Origin: Chlorokybus atmophyticus
Taxonomy: Eukaryota > Plantae > Mesostigma and Chlorokybus algae
DNA length: 64,000 bases
Direction: 5' to 3'
Assembly (NCBI GenBank): GCA_009103225.1
Contig: RHPI01001428.1
Coordinates: 308,158 to 372,157 of the forward strand
Made by a program: the position numbers and the translations under genes. Below the pieces are notes generated by a model, which was given only the letters and a program-made list of their open reading frames with translations, did no database searches and was not told where the DNA came from. Positions 58,567 to 64,000 of the stretch are shown one piece after another; position 1 is the first letter of the stretch; each line of letters begins with the position of its first letter.

Positions 58567-61500
58567 TCATGATGCGACAACCCCGTTTGACTGCAAAGGC
58601 AGCAAGGGGCCTATCCGCAACACAAACAGCTCGCTGAGCGCTTGTTGCACGTCAATCTGGGTGTGTCGACAGCGTATCAGCTCCACAAGCAATGGAAACA
58701 GCTTTGGCAAGTGAGACTTGAAAGTGGCATCGTCAAAAGCTCGCAACGCAAGCAGCGTGGCAACGACAACTGGAGCTCGAGCCGCAACCTCACGCCGCTG
58801 CAGGTGATCCAGCACGGCCGGAGCAAGGACACTGCGGTCTGTGTCTCTTGGTAACCTGCCAACAGCGGCCACAATGTAGCTTCTACAGATACAAGCAAGG
58901 CAAAGCAATGCTAGTGGTTGTACTGGTCGTGGACGCACCTGGCCGGATCAACCAATGACGTGAAAACTTGCATTACTTCCATGCAGATTGTCATCAACCG
59001 GTCTTCCACAGAGAAGGTGCCCGTTGGCACATCCGGTGCAAGAGCGCCCTTGCCCTTAGAGATGGATGTTGCGGCCATATGCAGCAGCACAGACATGTAT
59101 GCATGAACGGCCTCGTTCTCTAGCCTGAGAAGAGGTGGATCCGGCACCTGCAGGACGTACAAGGACAAATCACCGTCAGCAAGCAAGTCTTGAGGAGGAT
59201 AGCAGCAAGGTGGGTTGCAGCCGCACCTGTTCCAGAGTACAGACATGTCGCAGGCGCACTCGTAATTGGTGATCCACATTGACATTCCGAGCATGGGCAG
59301 CAATAAGCTGCAGGGTGTCCAATAGTAGTACCACATGCTGAGGTGCCAGCAAGGTGATATGCCTTGAAAACAACTCGCTCACCGCCTGATAACCAGCACA
59401 GGTCACACTTCAGTACCGTGCAATGGTGTTTACCAACGCCACCACATTATCACAGAAGGTAAGCAGCAGGCGACCAAGCACCAGTACCTGCACAAATAGA
59501 AGCTGCACTGCAGCACAGCGCCTGACATCTGCAACCAATTGTTCCACGTAAGTTGGATCACTCGTACTGACGGATGATCCATTGGAGTCGCGCCTGTCGT
59601 CTTGCATTTCTGGCACCACTTCCCTGGTTTTGTCCCCTGCATGCCCAAGCCATGTCAACATGAGATGCAAGCAACACACAAACATATCAACACATATAGG
59701 ATGACTCGTGCATGGCATAATCGTTACCAGGTGATGGTGTTGACGCCACTCCGTTGCTTCTAGCTGGCGTGACTGGTGAGCCAGCGCCCGAGACCGATGA
59801 CTTGGGAGAGCGAATGGAGTCAGACTTGTCAAGCAGAGGACCTGCTGTAGCTAGAGCTGCAACATTGGGAAGTGTGGACGTAGCGGTATTGCGCAAGGCT
59901 GTAAGCACTTGCTGCCATGTTTCAATTGTCAACGCAGGTCCCAATTGCACAACAAGCCGCACAAAGGCAGCAACCGCAACAGATGCCAGGTTCTGGTGTC
60001 TTCGCTTGATGAAGTTCGTAATAAATGTGATCATGCGACCTAGGAGAGGGGCTGTTTCTAAGTAGAACTTGATGAAAAGGTCAACCACAAGTTGAAGCGC
60101 TATCGTGCAGGTTTCATACAGCCAGGCATCAATTTCCTCTGCCTGCTGTGCAGCTGCCTTGCGCGCGCCTGCAAGCGTGCTGTTCCTTCGTACATAGTCA
60201 AAGATCGGGAACAGCACTGATTCATACACCCTCTCCCAAAATTCCGCTGAGAACATTTGCCCATGAAACCTCAATGTGTCAAAAAGAACCTGCGCAGCCA
60301 AATACAAGTAAAGATGGAGACACTTGGTGCATTGTGACACATGGTGGTGAGTATGCAGAAAACATGTTTCACCACCAACTATTACACTATCAAGTCACAG
60401 TATATGCATGTCCCAAAAGTGATGCTAATAGGCTGGTCTCTGCACTGATTATGAGCATGCGAACCTCAAGGGCACTTTTGCGGATGTTCGGGCGCGGGTC
60501 GAATGACAGTTCTGAAAGGCCAGCCAGCAGTGGAAACCAAAAATAGACATGAACGTCCTTGTCGGTGAGCTTGTCCTGTTATTGCATCACCAGGATAAGG
60601 CTATGGGGCATAGACAAAGGCAGTCAATTTAGAAAGCCACTGACCACATCAATCATACCTGATCAGGAATATCTTCACCAACTTTCTCCCTAAGCAAAAC
60701 TCCTTCAGCCAACTTCAGCGCACAAAACCGCAGGAAAGCGATAGCATTCAATGACACATCCTGACTGAAGGCATTGTTGGTAAAAGCAATCAGGCAGTTG
60801 ACGCAGTCTGTAAAGGTTGCAGCTTCCGTCTCCGTGATGAACCCAAAGTACTCGCGCACAATCTTTTCTATGGTTTCAAACGCCAACTGGCATGGGCAAC
60901 GCACATGTAAGGGCTTAGCTGCACGCCAGGCCATGTACTTGTGTGTCACAAGCAGCAAAAGTCACCTGCACAATGGCACGCTGATCATCAGATGCCGCTG
61001 TTGTAAAGACCATGAACATCGACTTCCATCCGGATTTGATATTTCTAGCGCGTGCAAAAACCATCTGCGAGACACACCTGGGAGAGAAATAAGAGGTCCA
61101 TGACGTAAGTACAACTTAAGCGGCAAGAGTTGCAAACACAAGGCCTGGTGCTTACAACTGCCATGTATCGCATGCAAACTGACCTGATCACCAGTTCCCG
61201 AATCTCCATGGATGTGCTCTTGCGCATGACAATTACAAACGGTTTCAGAAAGTCATTCTGGAATGTATAATTGGCGAGCTCATCGCGCTCCAAGAACTTC
61301 ATAGCAAGCTGCCGAAGGGAGTCCACAGCATACATGGCTACCGACAAGTTCTTGTGACAGCCGACGGTGACGAAGTACTCGGCCAGCACAGACCAAATAT
61401 GGGTCCATACAAGGCGAATACGCTGCATATTGAAGTGCCTGCATAGCAATTCATAAGGCACATGCAATGTGAGATTCAGACTTAGTCATGGTGAGTCATG

Positions 61501-64000
61501 ACTCCAACAGCAGACAAGCTGACATACGCAATCTCCACAATCTTGGTTAAGCTGAAAACTCGCGGGCTTTGTGGGGACTTCAGCTCCTCCATAGAAACCT
61601 GGCACAGGGCTTTCACAAAGTCCACAATAGCTTCACTATTCAACTGCGCACTCTGAGCGAAAAGTCGATTCATCTCTTGAATGTCAACCTGCTCAAGTAT
61701 GCACAGAGAATATGTCTGGTTAGATGCTGACGACTTGTTCCCAAGTGTAATGGGTTGCACTGTACGCAGCGCACACCTGCTCAAGGAGGGCAATGCTTGC
61801 AAGAGCCTCCGGGGTTTGCATACCAACGCCAAGCTGCAAACCGGAGTCATCAAGCCCACTGAACGAGCCAGATCCCTTCTTGCTTGGGGTGCGCCGCGCT
61901 GTCTTCTTGGGCTTTGCATCAACCTTGGCTGCCTCCTCACGCGGTGCAAACAGGATCGAGTCCGCAACTGCACCTTCGTTTATCAAGTGCAGCTGTTCAA
62001 AGCGGCTGACACACTTCAAGACGTGAACCCATGATTCCTGGAGATAGTTGCCGTCTTCTTCCGCCACCAGCAAGAGAGTCTATGCACGCAAGGAAAATCA
62101 TGACAAGAATATCCATGCATGCACAGCGGCACAAAACATATGTGCGCAACACGCAAACCGCGCCAGGTACACATTACAGTGGGTAAAGACCTCATGCGTT
62201 GAAGCAGACGACTGCCTTGATCATGCTCACCCGTATGGCTTCAATATTTTTCTGCTTGATGTCACCTATGGCGCGTAAGGATGTAAACTTGGCTAAGGAT
62301 GTCATGAAGGCGTCACGAATGACCTCCATGTAGAGAACAGAGGCAATTCTAATGGAATGGCGGTACCTGAGCATGACCAATTGCACGTCAGTGAGGTGTA
62401 CATGAGAGAAAGATTACACAAGCACAGCTTGCTGATAATGCGTCCACACCGATGCTGCAAAGTCCTGCTTTGGGCAAACCACTGATATAATCATCAAGCT
62501 TACCCTTCCAGACACAGAGCCACTGTTTGTCCTTCTTCACTATTCTCCAGCGGTACACTAAAGGCTGCCATCATTGGTGGCCATGCTACCTCCAACATAG
62601 GCCGCACATTTTCAATGTGTTTTGCAGCATAGAAAATGGAACCTGTTTTACCCTGCACATACAGGTTCTCAGTTTGGGCTGTGTGCGCTATGCACCTTGC
62701 TTCCTGCAATGTCACAACCGTCACAGCTGCACGCAAGGTAGCTTTTACCTTTTCACGCATCATTTCCTGTGTGTGCTTGATAATCTCTTCGCTGGTTTCA
62801 TACACTTGCACAGTTTTGCGCTTTGTCACCAAGTTCAGGATGGAGTCCAATCCACCAAGTTTGCCGCCTTGTGCACCCGCTGCTAGGCTAGGACCGTCTG
62901 GTTTCATCTTGATCTCATTGGTTGTGATGCGGTCGTAAAGGCCCTCAAGGAACTCTGCTGGCAAGTCCTCCGAGTTGTTGATGCCTCTGTTGTTCTTTAT
63001 GAAGTCTGCCTTGGACATCTGGATACAATTGTGCGGGAGTGAGCATGTGCACCAAAGATGAACCAGGGAAACAAGAGGACCGCTTGAGGAGCCTCTGAGC
63101 AGGTCCCCCCGCCCTCCTCCCCTCGATTCCCTTTTGCCGCTCACGCACACAGCACCAAGAAGATTGCAAACCCAGGAGGGCAATGAGGCCACTGCCGTTC
63201 CTTGCAACATGCCATGGGAGGTGAACCTACCTTGCTCTTGACTCCCGGATTGTGCGCATCTGTGTTGAGCATGATCACAGAATAGGCCAGCACATATGCA
63301 GTGTCGGCACTTGAAAACACATCCGGGTTGTTCTTGCAAAACCGTTCCGCAAACTTCTCCATCAACCTATCAATCTTTTGCGCTTCTCCCGGGAGGCGGA
63401 AGCCATTGAGGAACGTACGTATGGCTTCATCAAACACCAATCCAGAAAACTCCATGCTATCCACATAGGCATGCATGACCTGTGCAACATTGTGTAAGCA
63501 GCATTATCCAGAAGTCCCGCTCATGCCATGCAGCTCATGAATCAGCATAAGCGGCCATTCACCTTGAGATTGGTTTCCTCTCGCTCTCCGAGGTATTCTC
63601 CAATCATCGTCTTGTTCAAGCCCAGAGTGCTCTTCAGGAAATTGGCTATGTCTGATGGACTGTTACCAATCTTGCCTGTGGACTGCAGAAATTCAATACC
63701 CTTCTTGGGCTTTCTATTGAAAAGGGCAATGCCTTCCTGCAGTGCACGAGCCAATGGTTGAGAGAAGCTCAAACCACCAACATAACAATGCGCTCAAGCA
63801 AGATCAATTGACAGGTGGCGCTGCACAACCTCAAATTCAGTCTTGTACGCTTTGCGCTGCTCGAACTTTTCAGCATCAAAAGTTTTGGCCTTTGGCGTCT
63901 CGTCACCCTCACCATTGTCCTGGTCACCAGCAGCAGCTGCCATCGAAAAACAGAATAGGGTTTACACACTGTTTAAACCACGACTGGGGGCTGTTAGGAT
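58567..64000 (-). CDS. BIG: Brefeldin A-inhibited (BIG-class) Sec7 ARF guanine-nucleotide exchange factor, 5' part outside the window
   Basis: Sec7 domain: [88 protein letters not shown] regions: [65 protein letters not shown]. Terminal [10 protein letters not shown]...LF..RIGP. Confidence 0.96.

Overview
Eukaryotic, intron-rich nuclear DNA from the green lineage. Plant-type CPN20, MOS14, BIG and SICKLE-like genes point to a green alga, possibly an early-diverging streptophyte (inference). There are no operons, rRNA, intact tRNA or CRISPR arrays. The left third holds compact housekeeping genes: a plastid metallo-beta-lactamase-fold hydrolase, a SICKLE/MPLKIP-like gene, a 2xAgenet+ENT gene, transportin-SR/MOS14, an orphan with a weak glycosyltransferase-like motif, CPN20 and an orphan single-pass membrane gene. 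An AT-rich non-genic island follows at about 25.2-30.3 kb. The most interesting block is 30.7-53 kb. It contains (i) a spliced, secreted reprolysin-type metalloprotease fused through a polyproline linker to bacterial-style lectin-like modules, (ii) a BORCS5-like gene, and (iii) a gene of more than 13 kb for a giant type-I membrane protein with Cys-rich repeats, about 21 GGPPGP[T/N]Q repeats, four saposin-like domains, REJ/PKD, a non-canonical GPS-like motif and a PPxY tail. To the right are a second AT-rich zone with an N gap, degenerate or duplicated fragments, and the 3' part of a BIG-type Sec7 ARF-GEF. Gene models were assembled by eye and family calls come from remembered motifs, not database searches. 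Exon boundaries are approximate.
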